DNA of 64,000 nucleotides from Fistulifera solaris (Eukaryota). Location: NCBI GenBank assembly GCA_030295235.1, contig AP026126.1, positions 868,001 through 932,000 of the forward strand, given 5' to 3'. The notes under the pieces are model-generated. The model searched no databases. It worked only from the letters and a program-made list of their open reading frames with translations, and had not been told where the DNA came from. The position numbers were made by a program, and so were the translations under genes. This document shows positions 23,866-36,261 of the stretch, one piece after another (position 1 is the stretch's first letter; every line of letters begins with the position of its first letter).

Positions 23866-26544
23866 ATGATGCACTGCCACACGAAGCGGTCGAGGAGACG
23901 GCGACTGTGTTTGATGATAGGCCTTACAGCTATATCCGAAATAACCTCTTTCTCACTGCCACGGTCCCGAGGCGTCAATTTGTTCGGATCGCCAACGGTC
24001 GCTACTTATGGAGCTCTTCACCAGCACAGGAGCCCAAATTTACATTGTGGCCGTTTGAGGTCAAGCTATTCCGACGAGGAAGATCGTGGAGAGACTCTCA
24101 AGCAGGCGTACAAAGACATAAAACCCAAATCGACTAGAATACCAGACTTGTCCGCTCAACCTCATGCAGAAAGAATCAAGTGGTTGAGACAAGCGACTCA
24201 CAATCTGATAATTTCTGAGCGTGGAACGCTCGTGAAGGGGAAATGGCATGAAGTCGTCAGTATTTTGAAGGGGTGGTCAGAGTTCGAAACGAAAATTGAG
24301 TCTCCTATTCAAATGGAAAAACTGCTCAGACGCCTTGTTGAAGAACGATCTGTGAATAAAGAAGTCCAATTGGACATCCAGCTATACAACTTGGTGATAG
24401 ATGCATGGGCTTCTGCGGCATTATCCCATTCAAATGGATTGTCGGCGAGTCAGAGAGCTCGTGAACTTTTGGTTACTTTACAAGAAACTTACGAAGCATC
24501 GAACGATGAGGCCATGAAACCGAATGCTCGCTCATTTCAGTCTGTCTTACACGCCGTATGTAAGACAGAAAGTATTGTCCATGTCTGTCGTTTACTGTCA
24601 TGGATGGTCTATCTTGACAAGAGCAAGAAAAACGCTGCGGCGAGACCCCGACGAGCTGATTTTATTAAGATTCTTGAAGCATGCGCTGATAGTGGAGAGA
24701 AAAATCCCGGGACGATGGTAGAAGGATGTATGCGACAAATGAAATTTGCTGCGAATATCGAACCCGACACACTTTGTTACAATATTGCTATCAAAGCCTA
24801 CGTGAAATCCAAGCGGGGGCGTGAGGCAGCCGAACACGCGCATCGCATCCTTGACACTATGAGTGCACCCCCTGATATGTTTACGTACTCTAGTGTTATT
24901 GCTGCTTGGGCAGTATCAGGAATGAAATCCCATGCAGTCTCAAGAGCGGAAGAGATACTGCGAATGATTGAAAATCATCCGGAGCTCGAAGCGAACACTG
25001 TGGCGTTAAATTCTTTGATGTCGGCTTGGGTCAAATCGCGAAATCCGGCCGCTATTCAACGTACACACGAGATTGTGAGACAAATGGAGCTCTCTGAATC
25101 GGCCCCTCCTGACTTGTTTTCATACAACACCTTAATACATGCGTTATCGATGCATTCGGCAAAGAACTCATCCTATGCGCATCGTGCTTATGATGTGCTC
25201 CTAAAAATGGAGAAATTACACGAAGCAGGTCGTCTTGATCTTGCTCCCAACTCTTTTACATACAATCTTGTCATCGAAGCATTTGCTCGCTCGAAATCGA
25301 GCAATGCGGCCGCACTGGCTGCCGAAGTTCTCCGTAAACTGGTCAAGAGCAAAGACGCCGAACCCGATACATATTCATTTAGCCAAGTTCTGCTTGCCCT
25401 TTCAAGAAACTGCATGCCGGGAGCCGCAGAGACTGCTGATAAGCTTTTTATGTACATGCAAAAGTCATATTCTACCAACGTGCACCCTTACGCCAAGCCC
25501 GACGCTTTTTGTTTATCAGCGGTCATCGCCGCTCATGCACGAAGCGGAGAAAAGGGGGCGGCGTTTCGAGCAGAAAAGTTAATGCAACAAGTGGAAAGTG
25601 ATTATGAAAATGGGTTGACAGATTTGAAGCCCACTCGCGTTTGTTACAATGCGTTGATCGACTGCTGGAGCAAGAGCAATGAGGGGACTCTAGCTGCGCG
25701 AAAGGCTGAAAATGTTCTACAACTCATGAGAAAGAGATTCTTGGATGGCGATGTATCCGTTGCGCCAAACTTGATAACATACAATGCAGTTTTGAATGCC
25801 TGGGCTAGGTCAGGAACCCGGTGTTGTGCTCGGAAAGCGCAGGAGTATCTTGATCAAATGTGGGAACTTTACAATGCCGGAGATACGACCGTAAAGCCCA
25901 ATGATTTGAGCTACAATACGGTATGTTCCTTTTCATAATTTACATGAATTTGACCTCGTTCCTAATGGCTGCTGCTTTTGCTTTGTAAACAGGTCATAAA
26001 TGCTATATCAAAGAGTAAAGACGAGCAGAAGGCTCAGAAGGCGTTGAGACTACTGAGACGAATGGACAAACTGTACCAAGCAGGCAATAAAGAGGCAAGA
26101 CCAAACGAAGTAACCTACACTGCTGTGTTGAATTCGTGTGCATTCCCATCAGTTTTGGACCCGAAGGCGAGAAGAAGGGTCCTAGATGTTGCCATGTTCA
26201 CCTTGGAAGAACTACAACGTTCCAGATACGGGCACCCGAATCAAATTACTTATGGTACTTTCATCAAAGCCTGTGCAAACTTGTTGCCTGATGATGAAGA
26301 TCTCCGTCGAGTAGTTTTGAAACAGGCTTTTGAGCAGTGCTGCAAAGACGGTCAAGTGGGGGAAATGGTATTGACTCATCTTCGCAGGGCTGCCCCTCCT
26401 GATCTCTATCGGGAACTTCTTGCCGTTGCTGGTGTGGAAGCCAGCGCAATTTCTGTACGAGATTTACCACAGCAGTGGCGGTGTAATCTGCCCACTGAAA
26501 AGAAGAGAAAGACTTGGTCTCGGTCTTCCCGTCAAGACGTTTAG
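23866..26544 (+). CDS. Pentatricopeptide-repeat (PPR) protein, organelle-targeted; intron 25921-25992
   Basis: Repeated PD/PN..(T/S)YN.(V/L)I.A(W)A.S...A..A..LL..M units. N-terminal signal-like peptide. Confidence 0.92.
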
Positions 26545-26630
26545 CACATTTGATAAATCAAATTTTCCATTCGAAACCATTACTTCATAACTGAGTAAAA
26601 GTGAACATATTTATTAGCAGTTTAAAGTTA

Positions 26631-28475
26631 TTAGCCTCCAAACAAATCAAAGTCAAGATCGTCGAACCCGTCCAGCGCGGGAAGGGCATCATCGAATGTC
26701 AAATCGTCAAGGTTTCCGAATGCGTCAGAATCCAGCATGGCCGCTGCTGCAGATTGGACCACAGTATTGTGGGGAGCATCTGTATGTCCTCCCTTCTTCT
26801 TGTTTGTGGCTGATGGTGGATTCGAGGCAGCAAACTCTCGTGGGATGATCGTAACAAAACGAGCCGGAATGTGACACTTGGGAATCATCCCCGTTGAATC
26901 GGGTTCGTCTCCATCGAACTCGACAACAATTATATCATCGTCGCCACGGCAGTAAGTAGAGTTATCAACAACTGTCGCTGGATACAACGACGTGGTCTGC
27001 GGATACATAGCATAAACCCGAGATCCTTTTTTTAACTCGTTGGCCCCAATCAGCAGCTTCTGAAATATTCCTTGGTAAAGGTAACACTAATTTCCTGTCT
27101 ACCATAACGGAACTCCCGTCGTTCTTTTCTTCCACGTCTTTTATCAAAACCTTTTCTCGAAATAGATTGTCTTTTTGGATTCTGATAATGAAAGAAAGTC
27201 ATCGGGGGACATTGGAAAGCCTGGGTAGTTCCTAAGAACCTTTGCTAAAATCCATAACTCTCTACTCGTAGGACGAGCAGCAACCAAGTCACCCTCACGT
27301 AGAGCGCGGTATCGTATAATGTGCGAAACGCGATGCAGTAACTCTTTCTTTGGATATCGCTTCTTTCCCGTCTCATCGAACTCCGATATCTTAGGTGCCG
27401 GTTCACTATTCGGAGGTAATTTCTTCTTCCTAAGTTTTCTTAGAGATGAACCATGTGGGTATGATGGGGGGACCTCATTTGTGCGAGGGTCATTCGCTGC
27501 CTTTGACTGCATCGGTGATGACGGAGGAAGCTGTTGGCCATTACTATGAATTGTCGATGCGGACATCTGCCCTAAGAGAGGCATGTTGTGAGACGTGGAC
27601 AAAGGCATTGTCGGGGCAACCCCGATAGCCAGCATCTTTCCAGTCCTTTGATCAGGTAACTCCTTTCCAAGGGGAGGAGGAGGAACAAAAAGAGGGTTGA
27701 TATCATTTATAATGTTGCGTATTGTCTCATGCATAAACTCGCAAAATTCCAAGCCACTTTCCAGTTCAGTTTTAAGCTTCTTGGCGGTTCTGGCGTTCAT
27801 AATATCCTTCTTTAAGTTCTCTTCGGCTGTGTGTGAAATGGCTTCCGCGTCCCGCTTTCCGGACGCGTCATCTGTCGCGGTCACCTGTTCGTCTGGTTGT
27901 TTTGCTCTGGTCGACGCAGTTTGACGGGCTCTTTGTTTCTTCACGCGCTGTACTGTTGCTGTAGAACGCAAAAATCCATTTAGCGCTTGCCCACCAAATA
28001 TCTGACGGGCTGCCCAGATTGTTTTGTCGACCCAATGACAATCGTTGAGCAGCTTTCGAACTTCTTCGATTGGTAAGGCCGGTGTTGGAGTAGACACTGT
28101 ATGAGAAGTCGATTTCAACGGGCCTACCGACTTATCGGGCAAAGCGGCTGTAGAGCCTTTAACTGGATTAGTTGAATGTAACGGAAAGGGTGCGGACATG
28201 TTGTTTGGGACCTGATTATTGTTTGTATTGATAGAGAAACTGATTGCAGAATTGGGTAGAGACGTTGTGACGTTTTGCTGCATCTGAAGGGGTTGCATTT
28301 GATTCTGTATTCGGATCTGCTGCTGCATCTGCAACTGATTGTATTCTTGTTGCATTTGAAATTGTTGTTGCTGTTGAACATGACCAGATGCAGAAGGAAA
28401 TGTTGTCATTTGTGAATGATTTGGAATGCCGCCATTTGACGCGGAGCTACCTGTAGATCTTCCGCTGTAATCCAT
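26631..28475 (-). CDS. SGF29: SGF29-like (SAGA-associated tandem Tudor) protein with long Q-rich N-terminus
   Basis: GDLVAA......WILAKV, LVLPLP, V.AMYPQTTSLYPATVV, VEFDGDE and IPARFV motifs. Three ORFs joined by indels at ~27150 and ~27030. Confidence 0.8.
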
Positions 28476-28934
28476 ATTATCTGCCTGTCCTCCTTTAACC
28501 GACCCCAGGAATACTATCGGTTTGTAATAAGTAAGGAGAGCTTAGACACCTAGTTGTAAATAATATTAGATTTAATGAATGTCTGGACTTTAAATGAAAT
28601 GAAACAAGGATCATCGGTACGATACCGGTACGGTACTTGTACCGGTATCGTTTCGCGAGCACTTTCAAGTGTCTCTTTTGTGTCTTTACGGCGAGACAAA
28701 GTACTTCTCGAGGATATACGCCAAAATCTATTTAGGAACTCGTGATTCGTGACTCCGTGCCGGTCCGGTCACAGGAATGAAGCACCCAAACTACGGCTTC
28801 CAAACTAATAGGAGTACCTAGCATTACAATACATTAGCATCTAATCCACCGAACAACAGGAAGAGATAAATAAGCATAATAAAAAATGTTCGATTGATTG
28901 AGTAAGAGCGAAAAAGTTAGGTCTCTCAAGAATC

Positions 28935-30229
28935 CTAATCCGTGTCCAAATTAGTAATACACCAGAGATCGGCCTTTTTTCTTTCTTCCACTCCACATCC
29001 TCCCAAACGAATGGAGAAGTTGTAAGTATTCACTAAAAGATATCCACCGGCTCCCCATCCTACTGATGTGCAGAGTAGGCGAGAGGTGCTCCAATCGGAA
29101 TCTGCTTCCCACTCTTCTCTTCGACCGAAGTCGTAAGCCGAGCAACTAATTCCTCCGAGCATACTCTGACCAAGCCATCTTCCCGATTCCTTGTTTTTGA
29201 GACCGAAAATTTCTCCCTGTCTTTTCCACAAAGAAAACACGCCAGTCGTTTCATGAAAGGTGTTTTGCAACACCAAATTTCCTTCATGAACCGACAAATA
29301 GCACCCCGAATCAATGTGCCGAATGGAAACATGACAAGCGAAAGTTGGTTTGACTGGTGTCCATGATTTGTTTTGAATCAGTCGATCCGCGCGTCTGGTC
29401 ACCAATCTTGATTTCTCAGTGATGTTGTCAGCTTTCTCATCCAAAGAATCGATCGTTTGCGCTTGCTGACCAATCGCCGATGCTAAGGTATGAGAAATCA
29501 TACCGATTTCACTGAGACTCTTCGATATCATATCAAGATGATTCTCTTGTAGTTGTAAATGCGCATCGGTAGCAGAGGACGACGAACCATTACCTTGCCT
29601 TTTCAAAAGTTCTGCTCGATTCCTATCGAAAGATATCTTTGCTGCTCATTAGACTGATTCAAAGACTGTTCCTTTTCATGAAGAATTGTCAAGTGAGAAC
29701 GGAACTCTGTCAGGTACGCTTCAACGGATGCATGACTCTTCTCTAACTCATCCAGTTGCGTCATCGCCGCGCTATACATACTCCGGCAAATCAATAGCAA
29801 GGTTTCCCGCTGTTCGTCTGTTTCGCATGTTTCTAGAACTTTTACATTGGCATGATAATTTTGAATCGCTTGAGCTGCTGCTCGGCAAGTTTCAGGGACG
29901 TTCTCGTAGACCAGAGGTGGAGAGATCGGTGTGGAACGCGTGACAGCTGGGGGCGGCCCAATATCTTTAGTAAATTTATTCGCCAGCCAGCCACTCCAGG
30001 TCATCCCGCGCAGTATCCGTCCCGCCTTGTCTAAAATGTATTGCGTTTCGTCGGCGATGGACTCGGCTCGATCGAGTTGCTCACGCTGCTGATGCACCTG
30101 TTCCAGCGTCGCTCGACCAATGTGCAATGTTTCGACGGCGGCTGTTTGAGCATTTTGACAATCTTCTACAAAGCTAAGATCGTGTGAGAAATGTTGCACA
30201 GGATTCTCCTGTGGAGGAGTATTCGTCAT
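28935..30229 (-). CDS. SNAP-25-like Qbc SNARE with C-terminal beta-trefoil-like domain
   Basis: Qb motif (G.ATLEQVHQQREQLDRAE...A.RILRGM) and Qc motif (QENHLDMIS.SL.EI......I.QQ..TIDSL). The C-terminal ~130 aa has S.R....G.YL / GLKN..SGRWL repeats. Frameshift at ~29605. Confidence 0.75.
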
Positions 30230-30328
30230 GATGATGTGCATAAGAACGATTTTTGATTTTGCAGTTGAAAGAAAAACGGATATGTCGTCCTGAAGGGGAG
30301 GGAGAAAAAGCACGAAACGAATTAATTA

Positions 30329-30413
30329 GGTACGGTACCTGGTACCGGTACCAGGGTAAAGTAGTACGGTACGGTACCGCTAGCGTAAATTACCCTACCA
30401 GTACGCGGTAGTA
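30329..30413. promoter_or_regulatory. GTAC/CCGG palindrome-rich island (representative of about 10 intergenic islands)
   Basis: Contains the perfect 18-bp palindrome CCTGGTACCGGTACCAGG (30338-30355), ~110 bp upstream of the SNARE start. The regulatory role is inferred from position only. Confidence 0.4.
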
Positions 30414-30616
30414 CATATTCTACGATTGTCCTATCACGACTGACTCGCGTTCGATGTTCGCGGTCCATTCGTGTTTGTAGACTTTCTCCCAAGACTGATT
30501 CTCTGTCGAGTGTCAAGGGCTAAAGAATGAGCTTCCAGCGCCCAAAACCAAATAATGATAGAATGAAGCAACTTTTATGATTAATTCATTGAAGTAGCCC
30601 TTAAATTATGATGAGG

Positions 30617-31333
30617 TCACAATGGAATACTGTCAGCCGAACCCCGAGTGTCGCCATAAACAAGTTTCAAAGCCACTTGCAGAAGAGCAAATGTCAATCC
30701 CAAAGCATTGGTCACCCAGACATTTGGATCATTCATCTTAAACAATCCAGTCACCGTCCAAGCAAAGCAATTCACACAAGAAGCAATCGTGAAAGGAAGT
30801 GCAATGGATTTCGCCGATTTTGTTCGGATGACTGACGCGGCGGTTGCTAACGGGCTGCCAAATAAGGCTAGACATAAGACAACGCAAGCGTAACCGATGA
30901 TTTCCGTAGACTTTTTTAAGCCGGAAAAGGCGAGCGCCAAAGTAGCGCAAACTATGGTGGAAACGACTTGTGCGTGTCGTTTCAAACTGCCGGGGAGACT
31001 CGGGGCGCTCTTGGGCGAGTACTTGGCGAATTGCATTGAGTAATACAAGGAAGCAAAGACACCAAACAGATTGGGACCCCATACAGAAGGTTCAGCCTTT
31101 AAGAAACCGTACACGCTCCATAGAAAACAAGAAGCCAGCATACTTGAATACGGCAGAAGTGGCATTTGACCGACCGTCCGATCTCGAATGATTTTTTGAA
31201 CCGTCGGAAAAGGCGAAGCGATCACAAAAATGGATGCCATGGGCGCTATTTGTGCACACAAGCTCACTGGGTTGGCGAGAGCGGACATGATCATTGGTGC
31301 GTGGACTGTTGCAGAGCTCATACTAACAATCAT
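30617..31333 (-). CDS. SWEET sugar transporter (MtN3/saliva)
   Basis: SPFPTV..I....TVG...LLPY, LWSVYG, FGSPLA...VIRTKS..SI.LPF and DPNVWVTNALG motifs. Confidence 0.93.
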   Translation of the reverse strand: MIVSMSSATVHAPMIMSALANPVSLCAQIAPMASIFVIASPFPTVQKIIRDRTVGQMPLLPYSSMLASCFLWSVYGFLKAEPSVWGPNLFGVFASLYYSMQFAKYSPKSAPSLPGSLKRHAQVVSTIVCATLALAFSGLKKSTEIIGYACVVLCLALFGSPLATAASVIRTKSAKSIALPFTIASCVNCFAWTVTGLFKMNDPNVWVTNALGLTFALLQVALKLVYGDTRGSADSIPL

Positions 31334-31756
31334 GGTGATGTTGATCGATAACGGCGGCGACAAAAAAAACTCCGAAAGGTAAAAATTTTGGGCGGAGGGG
31401 ATAGGGGATTGAGAAAAAACGAGTGCCGATCGAAAAATTTAGAACTAAATCGAACTCGATTGTGACTTGCATCCGGTACAGTGTACCAGTAGTAGTAATG
31501 TAGGCGGCATTTCTTCGAACGAACGTCGAGCAAATAAGTGTCCGTCCATCACCCGTCTTACTGCAAACTCAGATAGACGCTTCTCTCTCATGCGCTTCTC
31601 GACAAGGACAAGTGGCATCATCGATTGTGAATAATTTGTCGTCCTCTCAATAAAGGAAGCTCATCATTCACAACAATCCTTGGAAAGAAGGAGAGAATTG
31701 TGATTCTTATACTAATACTCATTCTCTGTTAGCAAGCAATACAGGGTTACACCTCG

Positions 31757-33697
31757 ATGCGTCCTATTGAAATATTAATACACTTTTTATGCGTAACCAT
31801 CCCGGGCATCAGCTTGGTTGGAGCATTCGTGGTGAGTCCAGAACGACAACACGCGCCAATTACAAAAAACCCCTATGCCCATTATCGACAGAGAAGTCAA
31901 AAACACTACAGTTCGAGAAGGCAAGATTTATACTCGGATTATGATGATTACTATCCTCCTCCGTCCGCTGGCTTCAAGGAAGTAGAGGAATCGCTGGAAC
32001 GGCAATATCGTTCGACGAGCCGGTCGAGAGACTCAGGAATACCATTCTTCCAACCCCCGCAGGACGCAACAATAACCAGATTCGAGTACTTTGACGACGA
32101 CGAAGAAGAAGACTATTATCAAGACGGAGATGATGATGACAGGGCAAGAGGCAACTTCTGGGTGAATCCGGATGGCTTAGACGAGGTCGAAGAGCGTGAC
32201 GGTCGGCGGCCACGGCGGCGGCATAATCAACCACCAAAACGTAGAAAATCAACAACGTTTCGTTCAGGGTATCCTTCAGTGCCTCCGCCAGTCAATGAAT
32301 TGTACAATCGTTTGTTTTGGTACGGTTTAGACCCCGACGCATCGTCGTCACCGGCGGACCGTACCATGTTCGGTGGGACCAAAGGGAAATTTAACGGATT
32401 GTCTTATTTGCAAGAAACCGATGGACTTCCTCGCCCGCCTAGGAGAAGAAGGCGTCGTCCGCCTCCTCAAGCGACGCCACAATTAATTCAAGACGTTGAT
32501 GAGGACGATTACATCACTGGAACTGAACCGTCCTATGAAGATGACGACGATGAATCTGATGATTCCAGCTTTTACAGTCAAAACAGTCGAAAGAGAAAGC
32601 AGTATTCAGCTCCATCTGACAAAGAAAGACTAGTGACTCCTCCTTTCGATATGCCCTTGCGGCGTCAAGATATTAGTAGATCATCATCCCGTCAAAACCA
32701 TCAACGTCCGCCAAAGCCGGCCCAAGAAAGTTGGGATAGCCCTGTGGCAAGATGGTTCAGCGACGAAGACGACCAAGATGAGGATGTTCGCGAAACACGG
32801 AGGCGAAAACGACCTAGGAAAAAGGATGGGTGGTCCGCCTTCAATGTTGTCGATGCTTTCCTTGGTATTGATAGAGATGAACTTCAGAGTCAAGCGAAGG
32901 ACTATGAAAAGAGGATGGGCATCGACAGGAACTCTCCTTCACGTCGACGTCGTCGAGACCGCCCGATACCGGAGGAAATAAAGCAATCAGCAAGGTACAA
33001 TCCTCTTGATCTGGATGAAGCTTCCGTGTTTGATGATGATGTTATCGACACAACAGCAAATAGGGTGGAAACCCCTAAAGGAAGTGAAGAGGAAATACCA
33101 GTGATAGAGCTTTCCTGGGAGGAGCGAGCGCTAGCTATTGAACGAGTACCTCCTGATGGGATACCAGCTTGGGGGCCGACAGGTGAATTAGATTTTGATG
33201 CGAGGACCAAAGCTGTCATGGACGCTTTGGAGGATATTGCCACGGCTAAAGATAGAGTAGAAAACCGAAAGAAGCGCGTTGATGAGTGTAGAGAGGAGTT
33301 ATCGATTATACGGATTGACTTGGAGCTGCAGAAAAAGCGTCTTCGAGAAAGCCGATTGAAGTCACAAGCTGCCGTCGAGAGGTTGAGACGTATGGATTTG
33401 AACTTGGAGAACACCGCTCGAAAGTTACGTCGCGAGCTGATTAAGCTGAAGAATGCTAAGCAGGATCTTGTTGAGCTTGAAGCCCGGCATTGGGCAGTAC
33501 TAGGCTTTTATGATCCTGAGCAGGCAGGCGTGAACGTCGACGATGCTCTGCGCGAGTTAAAGGAAACTGAACCTGCCGTTCGCTTTCTTTCTGAAAAGAA
33601 GAGGACCCAGCGACGCATGATGAAGATCCAGCGTCGAGTTTTACTAGTGATGAATCGAATGTATGATAACACTACGCCCGATTGTTGTAGAATATAA
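31757..33697 (+). CDS. Hypothetical plastid-targeted protein, R/D-rich with C-terminal coiled coil
   Basis: 646-aa ORF with signal peptide ending VGA-F and a coiled coil near the C-terminus. The last residues are probably frameshifted. Confidence 0.65.
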   Translation: MRPIEILIHFLCVTIPGISLVGAFVVSPERQHAPITKNPYAHYRQRSQKHYSSRRQDLYSDYDDYYPPPSAGFKEVEESLERQYRSTSRSRDSGIPFFQPPQDATITRFEYFDDDEEEDYYQDGDDDDRARGNFWVNPDGLDEVEERDGRRPRRRHNQPPKRRKSTTFRSGYPSVPPPVNELYNRLFWYGLDPDASSSPADRTMFGGTKGKFNGLSYLQETDGLPRPPRRRRRRPPPQATPQLIQDVDEDDYITGTEPSYEDDDDESDDSSFYSQNSRKRKQYSAPSDKERLVTPPFDMPLRRQDISRSSSRQNHQRPPKPAQESWDSPVARWFSDEDDQDEDVRETRRRKRPRKKDGWSAFNVVDAFLGIDRDELQSQAKDYEKRMGIDRNSPSRRRRRDRPIPEEIKQSARYNPLDLDEASVFDDDVIDTTANRVETPKGSEEEIPVIELSWEERALAIERVPPDGIPAWGPTGELDFDARTKAVMDALEDIATAKDRVENRKKRVDECREELSIIRIDLELQKKRLRESRLKSQAAVERLRRMDLNLENTARKLRRELIKLKNAKQDLVELEARHWAVLGFYDPEQAGVNVDDALRELKETEPAVRFLSEKKRTQRRMMKIQRRVLLVMNRMYDNTTPDCCRI

Positions 33698-33737
33698 TGC
33701 ATGATAGTATGCTATTAATCACAGTGTTCTATTGTTT

Positions 33738-35449
33738 TTAACACGACCACCATATCTGAAGGGCTGCGCGAATACCTGCTCGAACCGGCAAACGACACCG
33801 CCGGTTTTCAATTCCACCAGTGGATACGAGTACTCGACCTCGTGCGCCTTCAATTGAAAGACCGCGCTGAATTTTACGACGTGGACGATAGTTGTCGGGG
33901 TGATTGTCAACGTAAAGAGCGGTGCCACCGTGAAAATCCTCGCCACTCCCTTCTGATAGAAAGACATTTGTTTGTATCGAAAACGAGGGATCTGCTTCCA
34001 AGTCGGCCAATAAATTGCAAACATCCCTCACGGGCTCTATGTTGAATGGCCAAGGAAGCGAATAGAAGGCCATGTCGTTCCGTCTTTCTGCCTTGTCCAT
34101 CCAAAGCAGATAATTTGTTCGGTTCAGCAATTTTTCAAGTCGACTCGGAATTCGTCGATCGAAAAGGCGGACTCCATTTCCGTCCATCGGTCCAACAGCG
34201 TTGACACGAAAAGCAACAGGTTGAATCTCTTGTGATACATTGTAGTGCGTCGACAGTAAATCGCGTAACTTGGTTACAACGGAAGGAACCATTGCTTGTA
34301 ACAAGTCCAAGTCGCGATGGATATCAAAATGGTCACCACCCTGAGATATCAAATTTGCTCCCAACAAGCGAGCCTCGTGCAGTTCTTGATCTAGGATAAG
34401 ATTGTCATGCACTCCTCGAAAACACATTTTACTAGCTGCTTCTGCTGTCTTTCGTCCGGTCAATTGTGAACCCATACAGGATTGCGGAACAATGCAAGAG
34501 GATGATGAAAGGGACTGTGTTGGCGCAGCGCATTCCATAAACCAAGAAGCTTGTACTCCACGCTCAATGAATGGTGCCAGAATGTTGACTTCTTCCGTCG
34601 ACTTTGACTTCAAAAAGATATCGACAATGCTCTTCATCGACGGTATATGAAGCACACCGCGGCTACAATCGACTTTGCTAGAAATTCCCAAAACCTCTTT
34701 AATCGAATCGATGAGGTGAAACGGTCGTGAGTCTCTGTGCAACATCGGGCATTCTTTCGCATGTGCAAGCAGTAATTTCACATTCAGTATCTCCGACATG
34801 AGAGGGTCTAATACAGGTCTTTCAACGGCACTGTAATGAAAAATGGGTATCGTTTGGAGCATGATGCATATAAATGCGGTCACCACCGCGAGAACGGCAA
34901 AACAGATGCGTCGGAATGTTAAACTAGGTTGGTGTCGTTCATTCGGATTCACCGGAATAAGCATTAACTCGTCTTCGGGTACACCTTGTTCGAGATAGCG
35001 TCGCACTGCCCTCGCTATAGCATCGGCAGCAGCTTGTTCCTGTCGGCGCAACCATAAATGCTCATCTTCATCGCCTTGCCTATCGTTATGATTGTTTGGT
35101 CGAGGCGGGGTGGCAGATCTCCAGCAGGGGGTTGCGGTGGGTGTGATGTAGGTACGAGCCGTCCGAACTCATCGACTCGGGCATCGCCAGTCTTGTGTTG
35201 CTGCATCAAATCATGGAGCTCGAGTCGACGTTTTCGATAGGCCCGCACCTGTTGCTGGTATCCATCATTGATGTCACCGGCTGGTAGATCCTTATCCATA
35301 CAAAAATCCGAAATGTCTTCATTGGTCAGGTTCTTTCGTTCCAAGAGGAGATGGGCGTCGAGTGAGTCATATTTGTATCGATACAGTTGTGAGGGCTCTT
35401 TCTTGCCGTCATCCGACCCTTTTCTCCGCCTGGCCGAGGATGTTCTCAT
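33738..35449 (-). CDS. OGFOD3-like 2OG-Fe(II) oxygenase-fold membrane protein (metal ligands apparently lost)
   Basis: Single TM segment; CFRGVHD.LI, EDFHGG and GRVLVSTGGIEN...V..G.R.AL.IWWSC resemble OGFOD3. Two ORFs joined by an indel at ~35055. Confidence 0.6.
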
Positions 35450-35620
35450 TGTTTGTTTACGGGCTACAACAGGCTCAGAAAAAGGAAGACAACATGTTGT
35501 GTCCTTTAAGCTTTTAAGGAGCACACAGCACGTTATGATTGATCTGAAGTGGAAAACTTAATTGTCGTTACTGAACTACATGCAAAACACCATTTTCTAG
35601 AGAGAGAAAAGGGGGGAGAC

Positions 35621-35710
35621 CGCCTTGCAAAACGTTGTCTTTTTCTATTCGACTATAGGCTAAAGTGTTGTCTTGGCGGGAAAACCACGACTAAATTTCA
35701 ATCATGAATC
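35621..35710 (+). repeat. Partial diverged copy of the ~240-bp element spanning the unit junction
   Basis: CCTTGC...TATTCGACTATAGGCTAAAGTGTTG...CCACGACTAAATTTCAATCATGAATC versus unit CCTTGC...TATTTACTATATACCTCAAGTGTTG...CCACGACTGCATTTCAGTCATGAGTC. Confidence 0.75.
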
Positions 35711-35932
35711 TATATTTGTCAACGGAAAAAAATTAAGAAAATTTATTGTACTCATGTCCTATCCCTATGACAGAACCGAAACACAATCCATCACTCTAGA
35801 CACTGTCTAGATCACGCAAATTGTCAGGTCACTGGGGGTGGTGAGCAAGGGGCTGCCATCTGATTCAGACCGACGGTCCAAAGGGTTGAGCTGCTGTTTC
35901 CACTGCTTAAACTGAGCTCCAAGTGGGTCGTT

Positions 35933-36261
35933 GGGTGATCGGGGCTGAGGTAATGTCTAGGATTGGTACTGGGGGCTAACGAAGAGAACTTGGCATTGCC
36001 GTGAAAGCTGCAACATTGTATGGTGCGATACAATAGCCGATAAAATTGATTTGCAGCAAGCACAAGGGAAAGAGAGGCAGAGCAGATTGGAAAGAACGGA
36101 CTTCAACGCGGAACACTAGGTGATTGGGGCTGAGGTAATGTGTAGGATTGGTACCAGTACTGGGCTTACGGAGAGAACTTGGTATTGCTGTGAAAGCTGC
36201 AACATTGTATGGTGTAATACAATAGCCGATAAATTTTATTTGCAGCACTCACAGGTAAAAG
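35933..36261. repeat. Imperfect direct repeat: two ~140-bp copies ~185 bp apart (35933-36074, 36118-36261)
   Basis: GGGGCTGAGGTAATGT.TAGGATTGGTAC and GTGAAAGCTGCAACATTGTATGGTG..ATACAATAGCCGATAAA are present in both copies. Confidence 0.9.
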
